A DNA stretch of 64,000 bases from Mytilus trossulus (Eukaryota): assembly GCF_036588685.1 (NCBI RefSeq), contig NC_086384.1:41602001-41666000 (forward strand). Direction: 5' to 3'. The first letter of the stretch is position 1, and every line of letters begins with the position of its first letter. Shown one piece after another: positions 27,900-41,400 of this stretch. The translations under genes and the position numbers were made by a program. A model generated the notes under the pieces. The model was not told where the DNA came from, did no database searches, and was given only the letters and a program-made list of their open reading frames with translations.

Positions 27900-28420
27900 A
27901 AAGAAGAAATACCAGATACATATCTATAAAATTTTGGATTCTAGTGGGTCCTATTCATGGTTCACTTTTGCAAAAGATTTTCTTTCTGAATCTAACATTG
28001 ATATAGATAAACTAAAAACCTGTAATAATTTAAAACAATTAAAAAATATTAAAAGCTATATTAAACCCCAAATAAACTCGTACTACAACAACCTGTTTAT
28101 GGATAAGTTGAGATCTATTGATGATAAGAGTAAATTATTTTTTTATAAAGAACTGGAGCCAAATCTATTGATCAAACCTTACCTCTCTAACTAAAACTTT
28201 GAATTTAGAAATTGATTACAAAACTTAGAATCAGTTACCATTTATTATTAATTGAAAAAGGAAGGCATTTTAAAATCCCCGCGAAGAAAAATGCAAAGTA
28301 CTAGATGATGAAAAAAATTTCTTAATAAATTGTTCTCACAATTCATTAACATATTCAAATTGCATAAACAGAGAAAATAATTCATTTGCTAACCTCACTG
28401 ACAATGACAAAGTTATATAT
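27900..28420 (+). mobile_element. 3' fragment of a CR1/L2-group LINE ORF2
   Basis: SKLFFYK..KPYL, then frameshifted ITKLRISYHLLLIEKGRH..C..LDDEK.FLINC, the typical post-RT cysteine motif region. Confidence 0.65.
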
Positions 28421-28662
28421 ATGACGCCCGACAAGCAAAAACGACCCTTATGGCAAAAATTATGTATTATCAGATTTTATATTACCTCAACAGAAAATAC
28501 TAATGCCAATCCAATGTAAAAAAATTGACAACGATCGTTTGAAAACTAGTTGAGAAATTTTAATTTGAATAACGTATACAAATTTGTTCTAACGTAAATA
28601 AAAATCAGTATAACGTTGGAAGAATGTACTTGACGTCGATTTAAGTTTTGACATTTAAAAGT

Positions 28663-31100
28663 TTACTCTTCTCCTGGTGCTTGACAAAATGCAGCCTGAT
28701 GTTCCTTCCTAGCATATGGACGGACTTTTGAATATAGATATTCATGCCTAGTACGTGAAAGTCCGGCTGCAGGAATAACTTCTGGACGAGCCAACGGATC
28801 AAACTCTTCTAAGGGACGGCGAAGAATGTTTATTTCTTTTTCAATCCCATCTTATTTTTCTTTAACAATAACAATACCCGGTTTGTCATGACGGAAGACG
28901 AAATGATGATACTTTCTGATACCTGGAACAGGTTTAAACAACACAGATAAAAAAGATTTCCAATCTTTCCATTGCCAGGTTATTTCATTATTCTCTTGGT
29001 TATACTGAACAACTTCATTTGATGATGATGATTTTCGGAATACGTCCGCTAAATGAGATACAGTATCGCAGTTTGATCGTCGGAACAGTTTTTTTGCTTG
29101 ACCAAATCCAGCGTCTACCAAACATTTTGTATGACCAGGAAACTGCATCATTAGGCTTATTTTCTGGTGTTGTCCAGTTAGCACACGCCAAGCAAGATAG
29201 CCAGTCATATATCGATTTTTGTTTTCTCCTACAATAAAAGAACAAGTATTAAAATACTTTTATTTGTTGGGTGTTAAATATATTTACGCTTCATTTAATT
29301 GGTAGTTTTATTTTCAATTTAATTCCTCTAAATTGTTCAGTTTTATCTTAAATAGAACAGATGTATTGAATAACATGAACTCCTAATACTCCCATAGCAC
29401 TTTCGGTTTTTTATAAGGTTCGTATTGCTCAATTTTTAAACTTTGAATTGCAAGACGAAGAAAAAATGTTTTTTTTTAAATGGAACAGATTAATTTTCTT
29501 AGTTGTGTTGTTTTATATTCTTTGAATCGGGGTCTTTCGAAGTCGACTGTGCGATATTGAGTTTTCTCATTGTTGAAGTACGTGTTTGTCCTATAAATGC
29601 TTACATCCACTTTATTTCTACTTCAATGGATAGTTGTCTCATTTACATTTATACCACATCTCCTTATTATACGACCGCAAACAATTTTAAAGTCGTATAT
29701 TGCTAATTGGTATCATTTTTAAATTGGTTAAGAGGTTATTAATATAAACAAAGTCAATGTACTGAAATTTAAGTGAAAGTAACTTACCTGGACAATTATC
29801 ACAATGGTTCCACATTCAGACTCATTCAGACCGTAACACTCAACAGCATGGTCAAACATGGAAATTGTTGCGTTTGGACCCTTTGTATCTGCACAATCTT
29901 TAAAAATTCCCTCGTCTTCATCAACCAAATAGTTATACTGTTTCCGTTTTCCTTCCATGCATACCCCAAAAACTTTAACCTTTCTACCGGATAAAAAATA
30001 CAGTTGACCGACTTGATCGGTATGATGTGGCAAACTAATACTTTGAGCAAAATCAATTGTATAGTGAACATTCTTTAAAACCTGTCCTTGATTATAGTTA
30101 CTAAACTCGTCGCGAGATTTTGACAACCATCCGTTGTACAGCTCTCGTTCTCTCCTTGCAGCTTCAATATGGGATATGTAATTTTGGGATGTTTCAATTT
30201 TGTCCTCCTCAGTTTGTGCTAGAGTGACAGATTCTCGTAACCTTTTACAAGTAGTACACACATCAGAATGTAAAGAGGCGAATCGTATGTGCGGACAGCA
30301 AGACGACCAGACATTTTTGAATGTTGTTAAGTGGACACTTCTATTTCCATCTGCCTGACATGCTGATATATATGTGTCAAACACAGACTGTTTTGATTCA
30401 CACGTAGGTAACAAAACATGAGGTTCTGAGTCATGTCTGTTAGGTGGGGCAGCTTGTGGTAAACCATGCAGACGAGCATAATTTTTCAAGTATTGTACTA
30501 TATTTGAAATTTCCTCAAATGAAAATGCATTTTTCGGACGTCTATTACAATTTCCATGTTTTCGTGGAGCAATACCATTAGTGTTCATGTGTTTGAGCAA
30601 AGACTTTAAATAAGACTCTCCAATATCATGCGTAAGAAGAAATACATCGCGACAAACCTCTCTGTCGTCAAAGGTATAAGCATATCTAGTTCGCTTTCGC
30701 TCTCCATATCTTGAACGGGATTTATCGACTCCTGTTGATTTCAATTTACCCATTAAGTACATGTCTTTACCTTCTTTTGGTAGTTCATGCATAGATAGTA
30801 TATGAGTTATTATTTCATCTTGTTCAAATTGTTTTATACATTTTGCAAGACAACCACAATCTCCAGTTATTTTGGCCATATTCAAACCTTCATTGTTTAT
30901 ACATATATTATCTCCATTTTGATGTTGAACGAATGCTTCAGCTGCTTGTGCAATTTCATCAGTCTCGGATAAATGTGTGACAGGTTCTGTGTCTTCAAGT
31001 TCATTGTTTTCATTACCATTAATATTATCATTGTCTTCATCATTAAAGTTATTTGAAGGTGGTACATGTAGATATTCCCGATAAATTTCATCTAAATCCT
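28663..31100 (-). pseudogene. Sola1-like DDD transposase (DUF7869-type), disrupted
   Basis: Exon ~31100-29788 (TIDFAQSISLP..QVGQLYF..RKVKVFGVC; a 1-nt frameshift restores HCDNCP), intron 29787-29229, exon 29228-28663 (GENKN, PGHTKCLVDAGFG, WKDWKSFL, GIRKYHHF, GLSRTRHEYLYSKVRPY). Premature TAA at 28852. Confidence 0.8.
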
Positions 31101-31477
31101 GCAATAAACATTTATTAATTTTAAAAGTGTTTACCAAACAAACAAAAATGTAAGCTAAATTAAATAATTATATAGTACAAAAAATAACAGATGAACACTT
31201 TTTTTTAACTAAGAACAATGCGAATGTATCTCTTGTGCAAAATCTCAATCTGTTCATGTTCGTCATCAATATCGACTACTTGTATGGATTACAATAAAAA
31301 GTTTCGCCTAGATATTCCTTATGAGAACATTTTAAATCTGAATAACAACAAAATTATTTGATATAGCCTGACTATACATTTGTTAAGCTTCACTGGTTCA
31401 ATTATACTTAACCCATCAACACAAACACAAGTGGATAAACTAGGATTCTTTATAAAAAAAAGTTAATGGAACTGAGG

Positions 31478-31799
31478 NNNNNNNNNNNNNNNNNNNNNNN
31501 NNNNNNNNNNNNNNNNNNNNNNNNNNNNNNNNNNNNNNNNNNNNNNNNNNNNNNNNNNNNNNNNNNNNNNNNNNNNNNNNNNNNNNNNNNNNNNNNNNNN
31601 NNNNNNNNNNNNNNNNNNNNNNNNNNNNNNNNNNNNNNNNNNNNNNNNNNNNNNNNNNNNNNNNNNNNNNNNNNNNNNNNNNNNNNNNNNNNNNNNNNNN
31701 NNNNNNNNNNNNNNNNNNNNNNNNNNNNNNNNNNNNNNNNNNNNNNNNNNNNNNNNNNNNNNNNNNNNNNNNNNNNNNNNNNNNNNNNNNNNNNNNNNN
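31478..31799. other. Assembly gap (N run)
   Basis: Run of n characters. Confidence 1.
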
Positions 31800-32689
31800 A
31801 ACATATAGTGATATAGTGGCAATACCATTTCAGAAAAACGCGAACCCAACTAAAAACTGATTTTGTTAAGGGCAATATTTGATAATTCAAACTAATGATC
31901 AGTAAAAATATTTGAACAATTTTTCTGAACTTGTTGTAAATTTTATACTATAATTAATAATATGGCTAGCTACATGTAGCTATGTTACAGATGATGATTT
32001 ACAATTTATACACATACATGCAGATGTTACTGTAGTGAGAGTAAAACCTGTCGTCACTTTACTCTGTTCTTGTATGGCGGTAGGTTTATTCAATTACTTA
32101 ATATTCTTGATATTTTAAAGTGTTCAAAACAAGTTTTAATGAATTTAAGCGATATTGTGCGCAATGCAACTTTACAATTAGCATCTTAAATGTATAAATT
32201 GAGAAATATTAATTGAAACGAATTCAAATGAAATCGATGAAAAATCTGTCTTTGTGACACGTTTGACTGTATATGTACATAATTTACAAGTATACTGTTC
32301 GAGAAAAGAAAAACTGTTCCTAAATCATGCATACTGTGTAAAATTATAATTTTGATTTTTCGTGAAAAGTACAGTATTATCAAGATTATTTAAAAATTGA
32401 ACCCATTCCTGTCATTTCGTGAAATGATGAATGTAACTGGTTTTCAAGATAGCTTTTGTCATGTAGTTTCCAACAATAATTATCAAATAATGTCAAGAAA
32501 CCATAAAGTGTATAAGAAAACGATTAATTTTCATTTTCAAATGTTTTTTTTTCAATAATGTTATTTCTATATTATTCCTTGGGGGAGAGGGATTTCAGAA
32601 GTCATTACATTTTCTCATTTTAGGTATAAGTCTCTGGTTCTTTTATTTATTATATTTTGAAGGTATCCATTCGTCGAATAAAAATCTGG

Positions 32690-35410
32690 ATGGGAGAAAA
32701 ATGCTGTTATTTCATTGTCCTGTCCGTTATCTATTTTGTATTCTGGGGTTATATGGCCGGACTATTCGCTCGGCTGTTTCGAGAACCTCGGTGTATTATA
32801 CCTGATGAAGACATGGAAAAGATCGTACAGCAAGAGATAGCCGAACACTACCCTGAGGTACAGAACTATCTTCTGAAATCTACTAATAAGTCTAAAGAAG
32901 CTTCTTATTGTGCTTGGCCGCCTTTGGAATTCGGTAAGTATATACATAGGCAGCTTAGAACAAATGTTCTTGGGAAATGAACCCCTCTATCTATATTTTC
33001 AATGTTTTAAAGTAAATTCTTTTTTATTTATTGAACTTATTTATAAATACATGAGTCGATTTCTCATACAACTTTACAACAACAGTTGTTTTATATGTTT
33101 CTCCTCTACTTTTATTTTCCACGTGGCTTAATAAGTATAGAACACACTATTTTGAGCTGAAAGTACCATTTAGTTGACAGTTTTACTATTCTAATAAACA
33201 CTACACTGTTTTTATATGCATCCAAACTAAGGTTTTTGACCCAAATTTCAACGGTTCCACTGAACATTGTATTAAAAAAAAAATCTTACGTCAGACACTC
33301 AAATCAATCAATGTGTTGATAGTAGATGTTTTTGTGTTCTGTTAAATTGTTCCTTATAGAACTGTTATACTATAATGACTGATGTACCCATATTTTGACT
33401 ACTTTATTTATTGTGTCTGTTTATTTAACGCATCAATGTAAATATAACGGAATTGGATGAGACTGTCATTAAAGTGAGAGGGTTAGCGCTATGGAACCAG
33501 GTTTAATCCACCATTTTCTACATTTGAAAATGCCTGTACCAAGTCAGGAATATGACAGTTGTTATCCATTCGTTTTTGATGCGTTTTGTTATTTGATTTT
33601 GCCATGTGATTATGGACTTTCCTAATTGATTTTCCTCTAAGTTCAGTATTTTTGTGATTTTACTTTTTGAAATGTAAAGCCTGAGGAGCGACCGGTTATC
33701 ACTGTCTTATGGTTAAAAAATGTATTTCAAGATGGGTTATTTTTTTTAATTTATTTTAGAAGGCAGACGTCCTGTAAACAAAGCCGTTTTATCCTGGGAT
33801 AAACTAGAACAAAAGTTTGTTTTCATGGCGGATGGTCATTATAAGCCAAAGTTATGTATCGCATACCAAAAAGTAGCCATTATTGTGGTTGTATACAAAA
33901 CTCCAGAAAGTGAGAAACTATTTCAGATCTTCCTTAACAACATACTACCAAAGTTACGTCGACAACAACTTGAGTTTGGAATTTACGCTGTAAGAGAGCA
34001 GGTCAGTAATCAATATAAAGCCTCCTCATGGGTTTTGGATTTTGTGATAACTTGGCAGTTTGTATAGCGATTATTATATTTTAAAAAAAACTTCAAATGT
34101 TCGTTACTTGACAAAACTTTACTAACTTACTTAGATTTTTTACGAATTTCAAAGAAATCACTATTCGGGGTACTTGTCCACCCTGAAAAATTCGCAATGA
34201 AGTTACATGCATGCCTTAAGTTATAACAGAATTTATCATGCACACTTTAAATTTTGTCTTAGAATACAATGTGAACAATATATGATTAAAATATATTTTC
34301 AAAGGTATCCGGGTTTAGCCTGGCAGAGTTAAAGTCAATCTTTATGGTTAAAAGTTTTAAAAATCATTTCATAGCACATTCATGTCATAGCACATTGTTG
34401 ATATATGCTTAAAAGTTTATGCAGAGATAAAAGGAGACATTCTTAAGAAATTAAATTAAGTACTGTCATCACAATTGCATGTCAGTTTTAGCTTGATATT
34501 TGAAGCCCAATAAGTGAACAAATTTTGCTCTTGTTATCTGTCCTGATTGGTACTTAGCCCACATCTCAAATAAATGATCGAGTTTCTCATTCTCAATTCT
34601 TGATTGGGAAGCCTGTTCATCAATGTACCAAATCTTAATATAATTTACTGACTATTGTTTAATAATGCTCTTCAAAAATATAAAAATGGCAGGATGAGTC
34701 ATGTAAAACTGTGCATTGTAGTGAGCATGGGAGGATTCTGGACCATTTGCTGTACGCTTACTGTATGATGGCTGTTCAGCCTATAATATTCTTCTCATTA
34801 AGATTACAGGTAGTCGACGATAGGTAAAAAGCGCAAATGTCCGGTCAGTTTAATACAGGTGAATCAAAATTAAAAGCGCAAATGTCCATAGTATTTGAAG
34901 CGCAAATGTCCTATCATTTTACAGGTAAAAAAGCACAAATGTCCTGTGCCCGTTATTATATTATTCATATTTCATTATATACCCTTTTTTACCTGAGTTT
35001 ACCTGTAAGATGAATGCGCGCAAATGTAATCAAAAGCTGCGCACAAACGTTAAACATTTTGTCCAATAGAACTTTACTAATATTAGCACTAGTAGTAGAA
35101 GTAGTAGTAGATGTTATTATTACAGTAAAATCGAAAGTACAAGAAGCAGTAGTATAGTAGTAGTCTAGATGTGATCCGTGTGGTAGTAGTAGCAGTTGTA
35201 TTACAAAAAAGAAGTAGATTGAGAGGTATTAGTAGATGTTTAAGGATAAACAGAAGTTACTGTAGTAGTATTGTAATAATAGAAGTGATGATAGCAGAAG
35301 TAGTAGTAGAATAGAAATGGTCATGATGGTGGTACATTGTAGTAGTAGTAGTAGTAGTAGTAGTAATAGTAGTAGAATGTTGTTAGTTTAAGTATATGTT
35401 TAAATAAAAT

Positions 35411-35444
<34 letters not shown>

Positions 35445-38400
35445 TTGAATAAGATAAGTTGTAAAAGTAGTAGTTTAAATTAAAAAAAAAAGAAAGAAAA
35501 AGAGTAGTAGTAGTAGTAGTAGTTGTAGTTTAGGTGTCAGACCACCAATTACTCCCTCCAATTTAGAACGTATGTAAAAGTAACCCTAATCTGACACAAA
35601 ATAGTGCTTTTGATGTCCTTGTTTACTTAAACTAACCAACAAATATGCAGAAATGAAACTTTTGGTGAAAGAGACATATATCTAGATCATTTTGAGTCAA
35701 AATTTACTTGTCTATGAGTTTGCATTAAAAATTGAGGATTAATGCGCTCCATAGTATACTTATTTTAGATTTCCAGAAAACCAGGTTGTTTTTTTTTAGC
35801 ATCTCTGTTGGAAGGTCAGTTAATTTGTTAGAAGGCTTTAAAGGTATGGTGAAAATTGGCATGTAGAATGCTGATACATATACAATTCAGAATATACCTG
35901 GTTTCTATGAAGTTAAACTTAAGGTAAAATATTTAGAAAGCTGTGAAAATTGCAAAATTTGGTTGAACAGATAGGGATTTTTAATTGGTGGTCTGACACC
36001 TATAGTACAAGAGATGCTGTAGTTGAACTTATAGTAGTAATTGCTATCAAAGTATAACTTCAATATTCTTAGAAGTAATTTATTTAAATTACAGATGCCA
36101 GATATTCCAAATCGAGGCTTGCTGTTCAACATAGGGTTCCAGAAAGCCATGACCAATATGAAGTATGATTGTGTGATATTTCACGATGTTGATGTGATAC
36201 CAGAAGATGACAGGAATTATTATGCCTGTGAATATTATCCACGTCACATGGCAAAGAGGATAGACAGAAATAAATATACGTACGTCATGCATTAGACTAC
36301 GAAGACGATCATTCTATTTATCTAGGAGAGAGTTTGAAAATAAAATTTTAGGCCTGTTACAAAGTGAAAATAAACAGTTTGATTAAGACGTGATTAAAAT
36401 GAATATGATTCAACAAAAGGCAGGCAATAGTTGTAAACACATGTATAAATATTTGTTTGTGTTGAAAAAAATCATACATAAACCGAGACCAAATAATCTA
36501 GTCGCTGGATTCGATCACTACGATTGATTGACTGTGATCATAAGGCCAAATAAAAAAGTATGTGTGGTTCCAATTGCATCTTAAAAAAGGTTAGGGTAGG
36601 TAGGTAGGGATTTTTTTTTTTTTTTTATGTTTTATTTTTACATTGAGTCTATGGGAGCAACATTCTGACATTAACATTACTTAATAAAAAATGGCAAAAC
36701 AATCTTTAGGGTAGGCTATTATAGAGACTAAAAAGTTGGGTAGGTAGGGTTACTGGAACCACACATATATTTTTATTTGACCTTACCATTTTTCCGCCAA
36801 AATTTCGTTGGTTCTTTACATGTATTTTAGCTTCCTCAAGCCACAAAATATTGACCATATGATAAAACCATGAATAATAAAACACCATAAATTAATGATA
36901 GTAAGAGGAAAACAGATTATTCAAAAACATGACTATGTGCACAGAATATGATATTTTTAATTTGATCTTAATTTAGATTTGATTGTTTTCACCTTAAATA
37001 CATATGCTGAGATTTTGTCATTTTAGATTGAATTCAGCCAAGCACATACTAAATTGCTCACTTTTATGCATAACATTATTAACATTTAATCATTTGTATT
37101 CAGGCTTCCACATAAAGACTGGGCTGGTGGTATCATTTCCATGAATCCGGAGCAGTACACACAAATAAATGGATGGTCCAATATGTATATTGGAAACCAC
37201 ACAGACAACGAAGACATTTATAGAAGGTATGTCTCGCAATTAAAACTGTACGTTGTGGTTTTGTTGACCACATACATGTACAAATGCATATATATGTCAA
37301 TGCATACTAATATATAGTAAACAAGTTAATCGGCACATATGCAATAACAATACTGAGTAATAAGAAAAGGTGTATAATAAAAAAAGTACACAACGAAATT
37401 GTATATATACGTATCAATAATGCATAGAGATATCCGGAATCACCGGTAAAAAATACAGAACAGTAGAATAAACCCCATTAATCATCATCATCAAATCATC
37501 GGAACAACCAGAAAAAGAAATATTTACAAAAAACAACAGAAAAAACATGATCCGGACAGCATTACTTGTTACAGACCCAAGATACAGTTAAAATTAACAA
37601 GTATTAAGTGCTCTTATCCCCTTTTTGTGTTACCAAACGAGACCAAGGTTAAGCTAGCTATAAAACCTGATTAATCCACTTTTTTCTACATAAGAAAATG
37701 TCCGTACCAAGTCGGAAACATGACAGTTATATCCATTGGTTTGATGTGTTTCAGTTATCAATTTTGTTTAAGGACATTGAATTTTTAATTTTCCTCGGAG
37801 TTCTCCCTGTTACACTAAAAAAACAAAAATGAAAATAGCTCCAGCTCTCAACAATATAATCGATTATAAGAATAAAAAAAAACACATAACGGTGTCCATA
37901 AAAACACAATAAGGTCATAATTGAATCCGAAGGTAAAAGTATACAAGATCACTGAGATGAAGCACACCTCCGAGTGCGGGGTTTTCTCGCTGTGTTGAAG
38001 ACTAATTGGTGGTCTTGGACTGTTTTCAGATCTTTTGGCGGGTTGTTTTCTCGTTGACATATTCCCCATTTCAATTCTCAAATTTATACATATAATCCCT
38101 ATACCTACCGGTAGCCAAATATATTTTCCGAGCTGCTGAGTTCACCTCATTAAAAGTTACCCAACCTTTAAAAGTAATTATTCGAAATACAAACTGAATC
38201 TGTGTTAAAACAACTATGTTCTCCTACTTCAACACCATGTACATTAGTAGGTGAATAACACATAAGAATGCTTGAATAGAATAGGTTAGAATGATAGATC
38301 TATCAAGTTATATTGCTCTATTATTTTCAATTTACTGCACAAATACAAAACTGAGTGCCATGGATGTATTTTGTAGAATAGTGACCCATTATGACTTAGT

Positions 38401-41400
38401 TCGAACTGAAGATAAATACTCGTACTGTGGCAGTACATCTGATAAAACAGAACTTCCTAACAAGGAAGGGTAAGTATAGAGCAAGCAACAAAAGTTCAAT
38501 TTTGAAGTTGAAGTTTTTAAAATTATTTCAAGTAAGGGTGGAAGATACTAAGGAGACATACAAGGAATTTGTTTTGGTGCCGGCTGATAAAGCAGCTAAT
38601 AATATGATTCATTATGGTTTGAAGTAAATTTTATATTGAGGTTCTGCAAAATGAAATCACGAATTCACCAACATTCCAACTGACTTCATTTAAAAAAAAC
38701 TACATCTGTAACAAACACAAACTTTTAGCTTCTTCTTTACTAGCCGAACCAAATACAATGAGAGTTCCAACTATGTACTGGCTTCCTAAGCTACACAAAA
38801 AACCTTACCAATATAGATTTATTTCATCTTCAAGCCATTGCTCCACTACTAAATTGTATATTCTACTTATTTGTACACTTGGTAAATAAAAAAACTGATA
38901 ATGAATTGTTCAAAGTTATCAAAGGTACCAGGATTATAATTTTGTACGCCAGACGCGCGTTTCGTCTACATAAGACTCATCAGTAACGCTCATATCAAAA
39001 CATTTATAAAGCCAAACAAGTAAAAAGTTGAAGAGCATTGAGGATCCAAAATTCCAAAAAGTTGTGCCAAATATGGCTAAGGTAATCTATGCCTGGGATA
39101 AGAAAATCCTTAGTTTTTCGAAAAATTCAAAGTTTTGTAAACAGGAAATTTATAAAAATGACCACATTATTGATATTCATGTCAACACTTCGGTGTTGAC
39201 AACTGGGCTGGTGATACCCTCGGGGACGAAACGTCCACCAGCAGTGGCATCGACCCATTGGTGTAAAAAGTTATCAAAGGTACCAGGATTATAATTTTGT
39301 ACGCCAGACGCGCGTTTCGTCTACATAAGACTCACCAGTGACGCTCATATCAAAACATTTATAAAGCCAAACAAGTAAAAAGTTGAAGAGCATTGAGGAT
39401 CCAAAATTCCAAAAAGTTGTGCCAAATACGGCTAAGGTAATCTATGCCTGGGATAAGAAAATCCTTAGTTTTTTCGAAAAATTCAAAGTTTTGTAAACAG
39501 GAAATTTATAAAAATGACCACATTATTGATATTCATGTCAACACTTCGGTGTTGACTACTGGGCTGGTGATACCCTCGGGGACGAAACGTCCACCAGCAG
39601 TGGCATCGACCCAGTGGTGTAAAAAGTAATCAAAGGTACCAGGATTACAATTTTGTACGCCAGACGCGCGTTTCGTCTACATAAGACTCATCAGTGACTC
39701 TCATATCAAAACATTTATAAAGCCAAACAAGTAAAAAGTTGAAGAGCATTGAGGATCCAAAATTCCAAAAAGTTGTGCCAAATACGGCTAAGGTAATCTA
39801 TGCCTGGGATAAGAAAATCCTTAGTTTTTCGAAAAAATCAAAGTTTTGTAAATAGGAAATTTATAAAAATGACCACATTATTGATATTCATGTCAACACT
39901 TCGGTGTTGACTACTGGGCTGGTGATACCCTCGAGGACGAAACGTCCACCAGCAGTGGCATCGACCCAGTGGTGTTAAAAGTTATCAAAGGTACCAGGAT
40001 TATAATTTTGTACGCCAGACGCGCGTTTCGTCTACATAAGACTCATCAGTGACGCTCATATCAAAACATTTATAAAGCCAAACAAGTAAAAAGTTGAGGA
40101 GCATTGAGGATCCAAAATACCAAAAAGTTGTGCCAAATACGGCTAAGGTAATCTATGCCTGGGATAAGAAAATCCTTAGTTTTTCGAAAAATTCAAAGTT
40201 TTGTAAACAGGAAATTTATAAAAATGACCACATTATTGATAATCATGTCAACACCTCGGTGTTGACTACTGGGCTGGTGATACCCTCGGGGACGAAACGT
40301 CCACCAGCAGTGGCATCGACCCAGTGGTGTAAAAAGTTATCAAAGGTACCAGGATTATAATTTTGTACGCCAGACGCGCGTTTCGTCTACATAAGACTCA
40401 TCAGTGACGCTCATATCAAAACATTTATAAAGCCACAAGTAAAAAGTTGAAGAGCATTGAGGATCTAAAATTCCAAAAAGTTGTGCCAAATACGGCTAAG
40501 GTAATCTATGCCTGGGATAAGAAAATCCTTAGTTTTTCGAAAAATTCAAAGTTTTGTAAACAGGAAAATTAGGCCTTTGAAAATTGTGGAATTAATTACT
40601 TTTGGAGTGTCAAAAACTAGATGAAAGTACTTGATAAATTGCATGCATACCGGTATATTGCTGATTTTAATCTGTACAAAGTTTTGATTTGTCTACCCTA
40701 TATACCACTTTGCCACATATTCTTATGAAGAAAAAAATCACATCCCTAATTAACTGGGCATTTAAAGAGTCAGAATGCGAGTACATATGTTCAAACTCTT
40801 TTAAGTAGCTATAAACAAAAAAAATATGTTAATTGGAAATGCTTTTATACTATATTTGTGCTTGAATTTTTACTTGATAATATTTTTCTTCGCTTTGGAG
40901 ATTCCGTATATCGTCAAGTTATTGGAATTCCAATGGTGTCTAACTGTGCACCAATTATTGCGGACATGTTTTTGTATTGTAATGAGTTACAATTTATGAC
41001 TAAAAACTAGCAAAGACATATCGAAACAACATTTGATACAGAAATTTAACAATAATTTTATATATTTGGATGATATATTGGCTCTCAATAATGACACCCT
41101 CAGTATGTATTCTTAAGAAATTTATCCGGTAGAACTTACTTTAAATAAAGCGAATACTAATAATGACCATTGCCTTTTCCTCGATTTTGATATCTATATC
41201 ATTAACGGGAAGCTTAATACAAAAATTAATGATAAAAGAGATGATTTTTCATTTCCTATCGTTAACTATCCATTTTTAGTAGGTGACGTTCCCTTGTCAC
41301 CATCTTATGGTGTTTACATATCTTAACTTGTACGATTCGCTCGTGTATGTAACAACGTATTATATTTTAGCGAGAGACATTTATGTATTAATGAAAAATT

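Noticed and set aside
31450-31890. ORFs spanning the N run
   Set aside because: Artefacts of the assembly gap.
39028-40360. Repeated 61-88-aa ORFs in array 1
   Set aside because: By-products of the tandem unit, mostly non-ATG starts, broken by indels in some copies, and antisense to the ribozyme.
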